A stretch of DNA of 64,000 bases. It comes from Candidatus Moraniibacteriota bacterium. GTDB lineage: Bacteria; Patescibacteriota; Minisyncoccia; Moranbacterales; UBA2206. Positions 8,557-17,786 of the stretch are shown here, piece after piece. The stretch lies in contig JBAQUL010000005.1 of assembly GCA_049297495.1 (NCBI GenBank), positions 3,868-67,867 of the forward strand. Reading direction: 5' to 3'. The notes under the pieces are model-generated. The model was not told the origin of the DNA. It worked only from the letters and a program-made list of their open reading frames with translations, and did no database searches. Every line of letters starts with the position of its first letter. The stretch's first letter is position 1. The translations under genes were made by a program, and so were the position numbers.

Positions 8557-10011
8557 TTATTTACTAATCTCATAAGCATGCGCCGCGCGCAACATATTTT
8601 CCTCGTCAAACCATTTTGCCATTAATTGAAATCCAAACGGAAGTTTCTTTCCATCAACTTCAACCTCCGGCCCCGGAACAGAAATCGCTGGCACGCCGAC
8701 AATATTAGCTGTAATGGAAAACATATCAGCCAGATACATTTTTAAGGGATCTTCGTTTTTTTCTCCTATCTTAAAAGCTGGGGTAGGCGCAGTAGGAGCA
8801 AGAATCAAATCAACTTTTTCAAATGCTTTTTCAAAATCACTCTTAATCAGCGTTCGCACCTTTTGCGCCTTGAGATAATAGGCATCATAATAACCAGATG
8901 AAAGTGCGTATGTTCCAAGCATAATCCTTCTCTTCACTTCCTTACCAAAACCATATTGGCGAGAATCGAGATAGGTCTCCAAAAGTTTTTTAGGCATACC
9001 GTCCTCCCTCACACCAGAATCCTGCTTATCATCAACATTAAGCCCATATCTAATTCCGTCATATCTTGCTAGATTCGAACTGACTTCGCAAGGTTGAATG
9101 ATATAGTATGTCGCTAAGGAATATTTTGAATGTGGCAGTTCAATCTCTACAATTTCTGCCCCTAATTTCTTATAAGTTTCAATAACTTCAAGAATGGATT
9201 TCTTCTCTTTTTCATCCAGCCCATCAATATATTCAGCCACAATTCCAATCCTAAGTCCCTGGACTTCTCCGGTCAAATATTTCGTATAATCCTTTCCTGA
9301 GCTATGGGCTGAGGTAGCGTCCAGCTTATCCTGTCCGGCAATCGCACTAAGTACAATTGCTGCGTCTTCTACGTTTTTTGTTATTGGTCCAATTTGGTCA
9401 AGACTTGATGCCATCGCAATTGCCCCATGGCGCGAAACGCGACCATAAGTTGGCTTCAAACCGACTACTCCGCAGAAAGAAGCTGGCTCACGAATTGAAC
9501 CGCCCGTATCTGTCCCTAATGCCCAAGCGGCTTCGCCCGCAGCTACCGCTGCCGCTGAACCGCCAGATGAACCACCAGCTACACGAGTCAAGTCTAATGG
9601 ATTTTTTGTAACACCATAGGCGCTGTTTTCTGTCGATGATCCCATGGCAAATTCGTCCAGATTAGTTTTTCCCAAAAATACTGACCCAACCTCTTTCAAT
9701 CTTTCAATCACCGTCGCGTCATAGGGAGCGATATAGCTATCTAAAATCTTAGAAGCAGCCGTTGTTCTCACGCCAGAAATGCAAAGATTGTCTTTGATTG
9801 CTCCCGGAATCCCCTCTAAGAGTTCAATTTTTTCGCCTCGAACAATTTTTGCGTCCACTTTGCGGGCTTGTTCTAACGCCAAGTCTTTAGTTAAAGTTAG
9901 ATAAGCAAAAATATCTTTATCTTTTTCTTCAATACGCGCAAAATACTCTTCCGTCAATTTCACTGAAGTTATTTCACCTGATATTAATTTATTGTGGAGT
10001 TCTCTGATCAT
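8557..10011 (-). CDS. gatA: Asp-tRNA(Asn)/Glu-tRNA(Gln) amidotransferase subunit A
   Basis: 484 aa with the amidase signature GGSSGGSAAAVAAGEA...GTDTGGSIR and GatA-typical length and N-terminus. Confidence 0.9.
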   Translation of the reverse strand: MIRELHNKLISGEITSVKLTEEYFARIEEKDKDIFAYLTLTKDLALEQARKVDAKIVRGEKIELLEGIPGAIKDNLCISGVRTTAASKILDSYIAPYDATVIERLKEVGSVFLGKTNLDEFAMGSSTENSAYGVTKNPLDLTRVAGGSSGGSAAAVAAGEAAWALGTDTGGSIREPASFCGVVGLKPTYGRVSRHGAIAMASSLDQIGPITKNVEDAAIVLSAIAGQDKLDATSAHSSGKDYTKYLTGEVQGLRIGIVAEYIDGLDEKEKKSILEVIETYKKLGAEIVEIELPHSKYSLATYYIIQPCEVSSNLARYDGIRYGLNVDDKQDSGVREDGMPKKLLETYLDSRQYGFGKEVKRRIMLGTYALSSGYYDAYYLKAQKVRTLIKSDFEKAFEKVDLILAPTAPTPAFKIGEKNEDPLKMYLADMFSITANIVGVPAISVPGPEVEVDGKKLPFGFQLMAKWFDEENMLRAAHAYEISK

Positions 10012-10030
10012 GGATTCGCCTTATTCATAT

Positions 10031-10209
10031 CCCCTTCGCCCCTCAGGAGAAGCCTGCCTGCCGGTAGGCAGGGTGGCCCCGCCACGGCGGGGATGAGGGC
10101 AAGGGCGTTTGATATATTTATTACTATCTTATATACAACAATTTTTCCTTTAAATAAAACCCTTGCCCTCACCTGTCCTTCGGACATCCTCTCCCAAGGG
10201 GAGAGGAGA
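10031..10209. repeat. GC-rich composite palindromic element (copy B) lying between gatC and gatA
   Basis: Shares with copy A the blocks CCCCTTCGCCCCTCAGGAGAAG, CCTGCCTGCCGGTAGGCAGG, GTGGCCCCGCCACGGCGGGGATGAGGGCAAGGGCG, an AT-rich loop, and CCCTTGCCCTCACCTGTC, then the hairpins GTCCTTCGGAC and CCTCTCCCAAGGGGAGAGG. It fills the 221-bp gap between the gatC stop (10233) and the gatA start (10011). Confidence 0.6.
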
Positions 10210-10232
10210 CAGTTTTTATTGACTACTGAAAA

Positions 10233-10514
10233 CTATAATACTGACTTCACCTTATCATACCCATTTTTACTCTCCGGAAACAATTCAACAATTTTCTCTT
10301 TATTTAAAAAATCTTCCATCCGATCTTCTCTAGAAACATCATTCATGCCTGTAATATGCGCGGTTGGCAAAACTCCCGCCACATCCACCTCATCAAGCTG
10401 TTTTATCCAATCCAAAATCGACGACAAATCATGGGAAAATTTATCCATTTCTTTTTCGGTAATCCCGATTCTAGCTAAATTCGCGATGTGCTTTACTTCG
10501 TCCTTTGATAACAT
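10233..10514 (-). CDS. gatC: Asp-tRNA(Asn)/Glu-tRNA(Gln) amidotransferase subunit C
   Basis: 93 aa, MLSKDEVKHIANLARIGITEKE..., a typical GatC N-terminus. Confidence 0.85.
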   Translation of the reverse strand: MLSKDEVKHIANLARIGITEKEMDKFSHDLSSILDWIKQLDEVDVAGVLPTAHITGMNDVSREDRMEDFLNKEKIVELFPESKNGYDKVKSVL

Positions 10515-10679
10515 AAACGCAATAAATTAAAATTTCAATCCGCCAGCTGGCGGACAAATGCCAAATAAATTTCAAAGCTCAAAATTCAAAAACTTTGTCA
10601 TTTTAATTTTGGGCTTGATTTGACACCTGCCTGCCGGTAGGCAAGGTTAGAAATTTGGTTTTTGACTTTTTAAAAATCA

Positions 10680-12992
10680 TTACTGGATCATTCTTCTGAA
10701 TTCCTCCTCGTCTATAATCCTCACCCCCAACTCCTTCGCCTTGCCATATTTCGACCCAGGATTTTCCCCGGCAATCACATAGTCGGTATTTTTGCTAACA
10801 GATGAGGAAACACTTCCTCCTGCTTTTCTAATCATATCCTTTAGAACGTCTCTTGTAAAGTTTTCAGCCTCTCCGGTGAGCACAAATGTTTTTCCCCAAA
10901 TCTTTTCATTTACTTCTTTTTTCTCATTATCTATTAAAATTTCCACGCCAGATTCTCTCATTTTCTCTAGCATTTTCACATTTTCCATATCCGAAAACCA
11001 CTGATTCAGACTCTCCGCCGACTTATCTCCAATACCCTTGATTCCCATCCAATCTTCTTTTTTTATCAAAGGAAAAAACTTGATAATGTCCGCCAGATTT
11101 GTAATTTTAAAATTTGACATTTGGTCATTGATTTGAAATTGGAAATTTGGATTTTGAAATTCCCTGTTAATCGCCCCAGTGATTAACAGGGCAGTTTCTT
11201 CGCCAGCATAGCGGATCCCCAGGGCATAGAGAAATTTATCCAATGCAATATGTTTACTTTTTTCAATCGCCAAAATCAAGTTATCAGCTGACTTTTCGGC
11301 AAAGCGCTCAAGCGGTTCCAAATCTCCTTTTTTCAGTTCAAAGATTTCCGCCATATCAGAAATCACTCCCTCGCCAATCAGTTGCTCAACAATTTTTTCA
11401 CCCAATCCGTCAATATTAAAGCCTTTTTTGGAAACAAAATGAATAATTTTTTCTTTCTCCACCGCAAAACATTTCGGATTAGCACAATAGAGTGCAGCGC
11501 TCTCTGTTCCCCCGCCTGCAACGCTATGCTCGCCCGAAGCTGTTGCATCGCTACGAGCGGGCGTAGCATTGCGGGCAGGTTTTCCGCCAATAATTTCCTT
11601 TCTCACTGGCCCACCACAAATCGGGCAAACCTGAGGCATCACAAAAACCTTTTCTTTTCCCGTACGAAGGCCAACTAGTGCTTCGGTTATTTCCGGAATA
11701 ACATCTCCCGCTTTTTGCACAACCACCGTATCCCCGATTCGCACATCCAAACGGCGTATTTCATCTTCATTGTGCAGTGTCGCGCGACTTACCATTGAAC
11801 CAGCCACCAGTACCGGTCGCAGATGTGCTACTGGCGTGAGCGCTCCAGTACGCCCCACCTGCACCCCAATATCTTCTACAACTGTAGTCACTTTTTCAGC
11901 TGGAAACTTGTAGGCAATGCCCCAACGAGGGGATTTTCCCGTGTAACCCAATTTCTCTTGAATTAAGCGCGAATTGATTTTAACCACCACCCCATCAATC
12001 CCGAAATCCTCTTTATCTTTTTTCCTCGTCCACTCCTGGTAATAATTTTCAATCTCTTCGACACTTTCACACAAGCGATAATGCTCATTCACCCGAAAAC
12101 CCAATTCTTCTAGAAGCTCCAGTTCTTCAATCTGTGTTTGTGGTAGTTTAATATTACTTTCCTCTTTGACATTTGGATTTTTGATTTTATTTGACATTGG
12201 AAATTTGGATTTTGAAATTTCCAGCATATCAATATCATACACAAAACACTCCAGCCGACGCTCAGAGGCAACCTTTGGATCGAGCTGTCTGATTGATCCG
12301 GCAGCGGCGTTCCTTGAGTTAGCAAACAATGCCTCGCCTTTTTTCGCACGCAACTTGTTGATTCGCACCAATTCTTTTTTCCCCATAAAACACTCTCCTA
12401 CCACGATGCAATTTATCGGCTGATTTAATTTCAGAGGAATATTAAAAATCGTTTTCAAATTCTCTGTCACATCCTCGCCAATCACGCCATCACCCCGCGT
12501 CGCTCCACGCACAAAGTCACCATTTTCATAGGTCAGAATAACTTTCAACCCATCAATCTTGAGCTCGCAAACATAATCCGGTTTAGTATTTGGTATCGAA
12601 TCAGTATTAAAACCAAATTCTAATTTATTTTTGGGAATTGGAACTTTGGATTTTGAAATTAAGCGAAGCGTTTTTTCTTCCCATTTCACCATTTCCTCCA
12701 AATTGAAAGCATCATTAAACGACCATTGTCTGGTTTTGTGAAGCACTTTTTGAAATTTATCGAGCGGTTTCCCGCCGATTCTTTGGGTCGGAGAGTCGAG
12801 AAATTTCCACTGGGGATATTTCTCCTCCAGCCCTTTAAGCTCTGCCATGAGGGATGAATAAACCTCATCGGTCAGATCTGGCTTATCTAAGTCATGATAT
12901 TCGTGCCGCAATTTATTAATCTCAGCTGAGAGCTTCTGAATCCGCTGCCTAATTTGTTCGTTATTTTCTTGCATAAGGGTATTATAACACAC
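10680..12992 (-). CDS. ligA: NAD-dependent DNA ligase, unusually long at 770 aa, with in-frame repeat-derived insertions; the probable true start is Met7 at 12974
   Basis: Adenylation motif CELKIDGLK, an OB fold, the Zn finger CPICGG...CANPKC, HhH and a C-terminal BRCT domain are all present. The Met7 start MQENNEQIRQRIQKL fits LigA N-termini. Three AT-rich repeat copies (11105-11162, 12165-12222, 12618-12660) are translated in frame as ...EFQNPNFQFQIND..., ...ISKSKFPMSNKIKNPN... and ...ISKSKVPIPKNKLEF.... A GC-rich segment (about 11515-11585) inserts roughly 30 aa (KPARNATPARSDATASGEHSVAGGGTESAAL) between the Cys pairs of the zinc finger. Confidence 0.9.
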   Translation of the reverse strand: MCYNTLMQENNEQIRQRIQKLSAEINKLRHEYHDLDKPDLTDEVYSSLMAELKGLEEKYPQWKFLDSPTQRIGGKPLDKFQKVLHKTRQWSFNDAFNLEEMVKWEEKTLRLISKSKVPIPKNKLEFGFNTDSIPNTKPDYVCELKIDGLKVILTYENGDFVRGATRGDGVIGEDVTENLKTIFNIPLKLNQPINCIVVGECFMGKKELVRINKLRAKKGEALFANSRNAAAGSIRQLDPKVASERRLECFVYDIDMLEISKSKFPMSNKIKNPNVKEESNIKLPQTQIEELELLEELGFRVNEHYRLCESVEEIENYYQEWTRKKDKEDFGIDGVVVKINSRLIQEKLGYTGKSPRWGIAYKFPAEKVTTVVEDIGVQVGRTGALTPVAHLRPVLVAGSMVSRATLHNEDEIRRLDVRIGDTVVVQKAGDVIPEITEALVGLRTGKEKVFVMPQVCPICGGPVRKEIIGGKPARNATPARSDATASGEHSVAGGGTESAALYCANPKCFAVEKEKIIHFVSKKGFNIDGLGEKIVEQLIGEGVISDMAEIFELKKGDLEPLERFAEKSADNLILAIEKSKHIALDKFLYALGIRYAGEETALLITGAINREFQNPNFQFQINDQMSNFKITNLADIIKFFPLIKKEDWMGIKGIGDKSAESLNQWFSDMENVKMLEKMRESGVEILIDNEKKEVNEKIWGKTFVLTGEAENFTRDVLKDMIRKAGGSVSSSVSKNTDYVIAGENPGSKYGKAKELGVRIIDEEEFRRMIQ

Positions 12993-13021
12993 AAAAAGCC
13001 AGAAAATAAACTGGCTTTTTA
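12990..13021 (-). terminator. intrinsic terminator-like hairpin downstream of the repeat-protein gene and immediately upstream of ligA
   Basis: GCCAG-AAAATAAA-CTGGC followed by TTTTT on the plus strand; the reverse complement is also hairpin plus TTTTTGTGTG. A TATAAT hexamer (12980-12985, minus strand) lies just upstream of the ligA Met7 codon. Confidence 0.5.
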
Positions 13022-13042
13022 ATGCGTACTGTCAATCAATTT

Positions 13043-14242
13043 CTAATTGGAAAACTTCAAAATAAGCTCATCGCCGCCAATTTCACCCAAATCATCCGCT
13101 CCCACAAAAACGTGTTTTTTTCCATTAATTTCTCGCACAAAAGCAATATTTTTCCCATCAGTCGAAATAATAGGATTAGCACCATCGCCTAAATCTTTTT
13201 CATTATAAATTACATGCTTTTTGCCATCCACCGTCTTAACATAAGCGAAGCCTTCATCTCCGATCACGGGATCGGATCCCACGCCCAATTCTTTTCCATT
13301 ATGCACAACAACAGTCTCCCCTTTCTCATTTAATCGCATGAAAAAGAAATTGTTTTTTGCGATACCAATTTCCTTTTCCGGAGCAATATTTCCATAATCT
13401 TTCCCGTTAAAAATAACATGCTGCTCCCCATTAACACCTCTGCGATACAGATAATTCTCTCCCGAGCATTGCACGCCATATCCATTGCCAATTTCCTCTT
13501 TATTTCTAAAAACCAGTGGTTCCTTTATTTTATCTGAAAACGAAAGCGAGCTGGCAGGAGAAGAGTAGCACACATAATTATCATCTACAACAAAAGAAGA
13601 GCCGCTTGATCCTAAAGGTTCTCCCTTATACACAATGTGATTCATGCCATCTATTTCACGCAAAAAGGCAATGCTTTGTCCGCTCTTCGACAAAACAACG
13701 GTTTCGCCTTGCCCCATATCTTTTCCATTGTATATAATATGAACATTCCCATCTATTTTCTTTTTGTATGCAATATTATTCCCAGAAATAATAGCAAAAT
13801 TTCCATCTTCAGTATAAGTCTCTCCCAAGTCCTCATTATTGAAAATAAGGTGGGGAGAATTTTCAATATTGCGATAAAAAGCCAAGCTACTACCAGAAAG
13901 CAATGGATGAAAACCCTCGCCGATGTCCTTTCCATCAAAAACAATGTGACTGATTCCATCAACCTCCTTTTCAAAAACCAGCTTCCCCTCAGAAAACTCA
14001 AAATATTGACTGGCCACTTCTCCCAAATCTTCCCCATCATAAATCAAATGAAATTTATCATTCACTAATTGCACAAAAGCCACATCTTTTCGAGCTACAG
14101 CTACATTTGCGCCTTCTTTTTTGCTGCCAAATATTTCAAATCTTCCTTTTCCGAAACTAAGAAACCACACTAAAATTAAAATAGCAATCAAAAATACTGT
14201 AGCCAAAATAAGTACATTCTTACTTGATTTGATAGTTATCAT
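13043..14242 (-). CDS. membrane-anchored tandem-repeat protein with 8-9 repeats of about 37 aa (beta-propeller-like)
   Basis: N-terminal TM segment, then repeats of the form ..IAF.RE.DG..H.I(F/Y)NGKD.G.G (HIVFDGKDIGEG, HLIFNNEDLGET, HIIYNGKDMGQG, HIVYKGEPLGSS, HVIFNGKDYGNI, VVVHNGKELGVG, HVIYNEKDLGDG, HVFVGADDLGEI). Confidence 0.55.
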   Translation of the reverse strand: MITIKSSKNVLILATVFLIAILILVWFLSFGKGRFEIFGSKKEGANVAVARKDVAFVQLVNDKFHLIYDGEDLGEVASQYFEFSEGKLVFEKEVDGISHIVFDGKDIGEGFHPLLSGSSLAFYRNIENSPHLIFNNEDLGETYTEDGNFAIISGNNIAYKKKIDGNVHIIYNGKDMGQGETVVLSKSGQSIAFLREIDGMNHIVYKGEPLGSSGSSFVVDDNYVCYSSPASSLSFSDKIKEPLVFRNKEEIGNGYGVQCSGENYLYRRGVNGEQHVIFNGKDYGNIAPEKEIGIAKNNFFFMRLNEKGETVVVHNGKELGVGSDPVIGDEGFAYVKTVDGKKHVIYNEKDLGDGANPIISTDGKNIAFVREINGKKHVFVGADDLGEIGGDELILKFSN

Positions 14243-14292
14243 TTTTAAAAGTTAACCAATTAACACTTACATGATTTAACCATGAACATTCT

Positions 14293-17184
14293 TTATGGAA
14301 CGGTCACGATCCCAGTATTGCAAGTTCCGGTCGTGCCATCAGCCGCGTACGCGATCACAAAGCACTGATATTGCCCGCTAGCCCATGGACCGGTACCCAT
14401 ATACCATGAACCAGCACTAACACCTCCATAGTCTGGAGCAAATTGCAGGCCTGCCCAATAAGTCGTATCTACAGCCCAGCATCCACTAAAAACTAACCTA
14501 GCAGCATTTGTGGATACCCAAGTCAGTGCAAAATTTGACGTTGAAGAATATGTTGCAACAGGACTGTTAATTGATGTTCCCCACACTATACTACAAGTAG
14601 GCGCGCTTGAAACACAATTGCTTCCAACCCGAGTATACCCATTGGCACATTTATAGCGACAACTCGTAGTGCTTCCGGTTACATCATAGTCAGTTGTTGC
14701 ATCAGCTACAGGAGACCATGAACCACTCCAGGTTTGAGGATAAGAATCTACCGTATTATACATCGTAGTACTTCCGCCCGGTTTAGCGCTACAAGTAAAA
14801 GTCTGGGTGCTTCCCACACAATTCCAGCCATCCCAAGTATAATTGTTTGCGCATTTATAGCGACAGTCCCCAGATGAAGCCTCATCGCTATGAACAGCGC
14901 TTTTCGTTGATGGCTCCCACGTATCACCATCCCATGTCTGAGTGAATGTTGAGCTAGTATTCCAGACAGTTCCTGTTGCCGGCTTATCGTTGCAAGTTGC
15001 AGATCGAGTATTGGGAACACAAATTCCACCAGAACGAGTATAGTTAAAATCGCACTGAAAGTCACAATTATTGGTTATATTGTAATCTCCGCAGCTACGC
15101 TCAGAACAGTAGTAATTTCCCGTACGAGTACTATGCGCAGGAATGGCCTGAGTACAACCAGGATTAGTCCAATCTGAACACTTGTGATAACAGCAAGCCT
15201 TGCTGGTACCTGTAAAGATAGTCGGGTTTGTAACGCCATACTTCCCGGAGTCATAATCACAAACCAACCGACAACGCTCCGTAACGGTATACCCGGGATC
15301 GCCAGCATTGGCGCATTTCGTATTAGACGCGCAAGTACTGGTATTGACCCAACTCGTTCCGTGATATGGATCTAGGGTATAGTTACAAGCTCCTAGCGTA
15401 ACGGTTGGCGCATTATCATGCGATATAAATGGAGGGCTAACAGAAGGACAATTCTCAGAACAACACTTACCGCTTGGATACTCGGGATCGCCAGCATTAT
15501 TAAATGGATTATAATTCGTCGCACATGTCAAATTACATCGTTTAGTCAGAGTATACGGTCCACAGTTGTTATTATTTGCACAACTCGTATCCGCTGTATT
15601 CCAAGAAGCCTTTTTGAAAGGAGATATTGAACAATATGCGTCTGGATTACTTACGATAGTTGGAGGTGTACCGGACTTATCCGGGCACAACTGCTTGCAA
15701 CATCGGGGTTGCGATGGATCTGACTCGGTTGTGTGGTAAGTGGTAAATGACACTCCATCGTAATAACCATTCCTCGGATTCATATCAACATCTATTTTAT
15801 TTTGTGGCGACCATGAATTAGAATTGAGTTTTATTGATGGATCAGAACCTTCAGCTGCCGCCGGGCAAGTCAAACAATATCCCACCGTTCGATATGGATG
15901 CAAGCAAGCATCTCCAGGCACACAAGCCTGCGCTGTTTTACACCAACCAAGACCAGTAGTGATTCCATTTCCACTAGCTGTTACACCATTGGCGATACCA
16001 ACAGCAACAGTATCGGTAACGCTTGGATAATGACTAGAAGAAGATGTCAAATAGCCCTCTCTGTTAACACATTTTTGAAGCGCGCAATTTTCCTCTGGCA
16101 ATTGCGGCGTCCAATTAGGATCCGGCTGGAAGCATTCTGTCCCATTGCAACAGTTATATGATTGTGTCGCTGTAACAGTTCCCCGTGGCTGGCAACCAGC
16201 TTGCCCGGGACTAGTGCAAAGTTTGACACACTCAAGCCCACCCAAAAGATCTCCGGTGTTACAATCAGAAGTTGACTCAATCGTTATCTCCTTATTTGTT
16301 GTTCCAGCTCCAGTTCCACTCGTATCCAGATAAAGCGAATCAAGGCTCAAGGGATATTTATTTCTTGCTTTGATTGTAAAAAAATAATGCTCATTATATT
16401 GCCCGCCAGAATTGGCCAATGAACCGGGAGTAGAACCAAAAAGTGCTCCACTAAGTTTCTCGTCTCCATTTTTAAGTACCACACTAGAGCTAGGCGTCGT
16501 CACTGGCAACCAAAACGGAACAAACACGCCAGAAGCATTTCTATTTGTTGCTATCCACCAGCCATTACCCGAGACCGTATAATCAGCTTTCAAACTTCCT
16601 TGCATCGACTTTCTCACTTCATAATCTTGAATTTTTTTCGTTACATCAGCGCCACCACCGGGAGTGACAGATAGCTTCACATCACACCTATTCCATGTAC
16701 AAGGAGTAACGCCATCCCCGCAATTTGTCACCGTAAAATCACCACTTCCCAATCCACTATTAATCCGATCGCTCACATCTGCTTGAATTTTACGATTTAA
16801 TCCCTGACTAGCAGCATCGACACCTTGACTCCGAAGCTTATACACTTCTGAAAGATAACCGGAAACTATTTGCGTTGGTGAAGGAGAAGCTGCATTAAAA
16901 CATTTTATAGTATTCCCATCGCAAAAACCCGCTTCATTGTAACGTGCATTTTCCGGAATCCTATTCCCGGCAATATTATTATCCAAAGCTTTCAGATTGT
17001 TCAAAAAAACTTCCGCAGCTGAATCTGAAGCCTGATAGGCGCTATAGCCTTTTTTTGAATCAAGCGTGAGGATTGTTCCTTGAATTGCGCGATTGACAAT
17101 CGCGATTGAAATCGCTGAAATCACCAAAAACATAATCAGGACTCCAATCATAAAACTTCCTCGTTTGTTTTTTTGAATCTTCAT
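14293..17184 (-). CDS. giant Cys-rich extracellular protein with a pseudopilin-like N-terminus lacking Glu5; GspK/PilX-like putative pilus-tip protein
   Basis: 963 aa. N-terminus MKIQKNKRGSFMIGVLIMFLVISAISIAIV is prepilin-like but without F1/E5, as in GspK-type minor pilins. It is the last gene of the pilD/pseudopilin operon. It contains more than 60 Cys, repeated C..RC...C modules, and C..C.. modules shared with the 1364-aa and 733-aa proteins. Confidence 0.55.
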   Translation of the reverse strand: MKIQKNKRGSFMIGVLIMFLVISAISIAIVNRAIQGTILTLDSKKGYSAYQASDSAAEVFLNNLKALDNNIAGNRIPENARYNEAGFCDGNTIKCFNAASPSPTQIVSGYLSEVYKLRSQGVDAASQGLNRKIQADVSDRINSGLGSGDFTVTNCGDGVTPCTWNRCDVKLSVTPGGGADVTKKIQDYEVRKSMQGSLKADYTVSGNGWWIATNRNASGVFVPFWLPVTTPSSSVVLKNGDEKLSGALFGSTPGSLANSGGQYNEHYFFTIKARNKYPLSLDSLYLDTSGTGAGTTNKEITIESTSDCNTGDLLGGLECVKLCTSPGQAGCQPRGTVTATQSYNCCNGTECFQPDPNWTPQLPEENCALQKCVNREGYLTSSSSHYPSVTDTVAVGIANGVTASGNGITTGLGWCKTAQACVPGDACLHPYRTVGYCLTCPAAAEGSDPSIKLNSNSWSPQNKIDVDMNPRNGYYDGVSFTTYHTTESDPSQPRCCKQLCPDKSGTPPTIVSNPDAYCSISPFKKASWNTADTSCANNNNCGPYTLTKRCNLTCATNYNPFNNAGDPEYPSGKCCSENCPSVSPPFISHDNAPTVTLGACNYTLDPYHGTSWVNTSTCASNTKCANAGDPGYTVTERCRLVCDYDSGKYGVTNPTIFTGTSKACCYHKCSDWTNPGCTQAIPAHSTRTGNYYCSERSCGDYNITNNCDFQCDFNYTRSGGICVPNTRSATCNDKPATGTVWNTSSTFTQTWDGDTWEPSTKSAVHSDEASSGDCRYKCANNYTWDGWNCVGSTQTFTCSAKPGGSTTMYNTVDSYPQTWSGSWSPVADATTDYDVTGSTTSCRYKCANGYTRVGSNCVSSAPTCSIVWGTSINSPVATYSSTSNFALTWVSTNAARLVFSGCWAVDTTYWAGLQFAPDYGGVSAGSWYMGTGPWASGQYQCFVIAYAADGTTGTCNTGIVTVP

Positions 17185-17213
17185 TTTTTCAAAAATTATT
17201 GCTAAAAATCTGC

Positions 17214-17786
17214 TTAATTATCATCTCTATATTTCGCTCGCATCGAAACGGTCGTCTGTGCTGTCATCCTCGGAGGGCCAGCTTTCACGAGCACTGTCGT
17301 AATCCTTCCAATAAAGGCTCCTCTCACATAAAAATTTCCCGTGACATCACTCGCAATCACATAATTCGTTGGCGCGCCTACTGTTGGAGTCTCAGCTCTT
17401 GAGAGAGTCTTGGCTACGGAATCAAACGTATATGTCACTGTACTGCCAGTAGCATTATTTTTCAAATCAATAGGATTAGTCAGCCCACTTGGTATTGGCC
17501 CAGGAACAAAATCACTCATACGAATATCTTTTGCCAAAGAATTCAAAGCTAGTGACAATTCTTCATTATTGGCTTGATATCTCTTGATTGATGTACGATT
17601 ATTGAGGTAAGCAATAGTAACAGCCACAATCGCCATGGTCAAAATACTCATAACAGCAATGGCTATGAGTAGTTCAATGAAAGTCAGCCCTTGTCTTCCC
17701 GCAGACCCAGTCGAAGTGTTAGCATTGCAAGTAATAGAATACTTTTTATTTTTATTTAAAATATTTTTCATTTTAGTTTTTTGCAT
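17214..17786 (-). CDS. type IV pilin-like minor pseudopilin
   Basis: Class III signal ...GRQG|LTFIELLIAIAVMSIL. The start ATG overlaps the upstream stop in a TAATG arrangement, suggesting translational coupling. Confidence 0.75.
   Translation of the reverse strand: MQKTKMKNILNKNKKYSITCNANTSTGSAGRQGLTFIELLIAIAVMSILTMAIVAVTIAYLNNRTSIKRYQANNEELSLALNSLAKDIRMSDFVPGPIPSGLTNPIDLKNNATGSTVTYTFDSVAKTLSRAETPTVGAPTNYVIASDVTGNFYVRGAFIGRITTVLVKAGPPRMTAQTTVSMRAKYRDDN

Noticed and set aside
11378-11678. 70-aa and 98-aa ORFs overlapping the GC-rich segment of ligA
   Set aside because: Alternative frames of the GC-rich in-frame insertion within ligA; ligA's own frame is continuous and has conserved flanks.
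14748-16333. Multiple 60-105-aa ORFs on both strands inside the 963-aa gene
   Set aside because: All are embedded in, or antisense to, the long Cys-rich ORF and have biased composition from the GC-richer repeats; there is no independent support.
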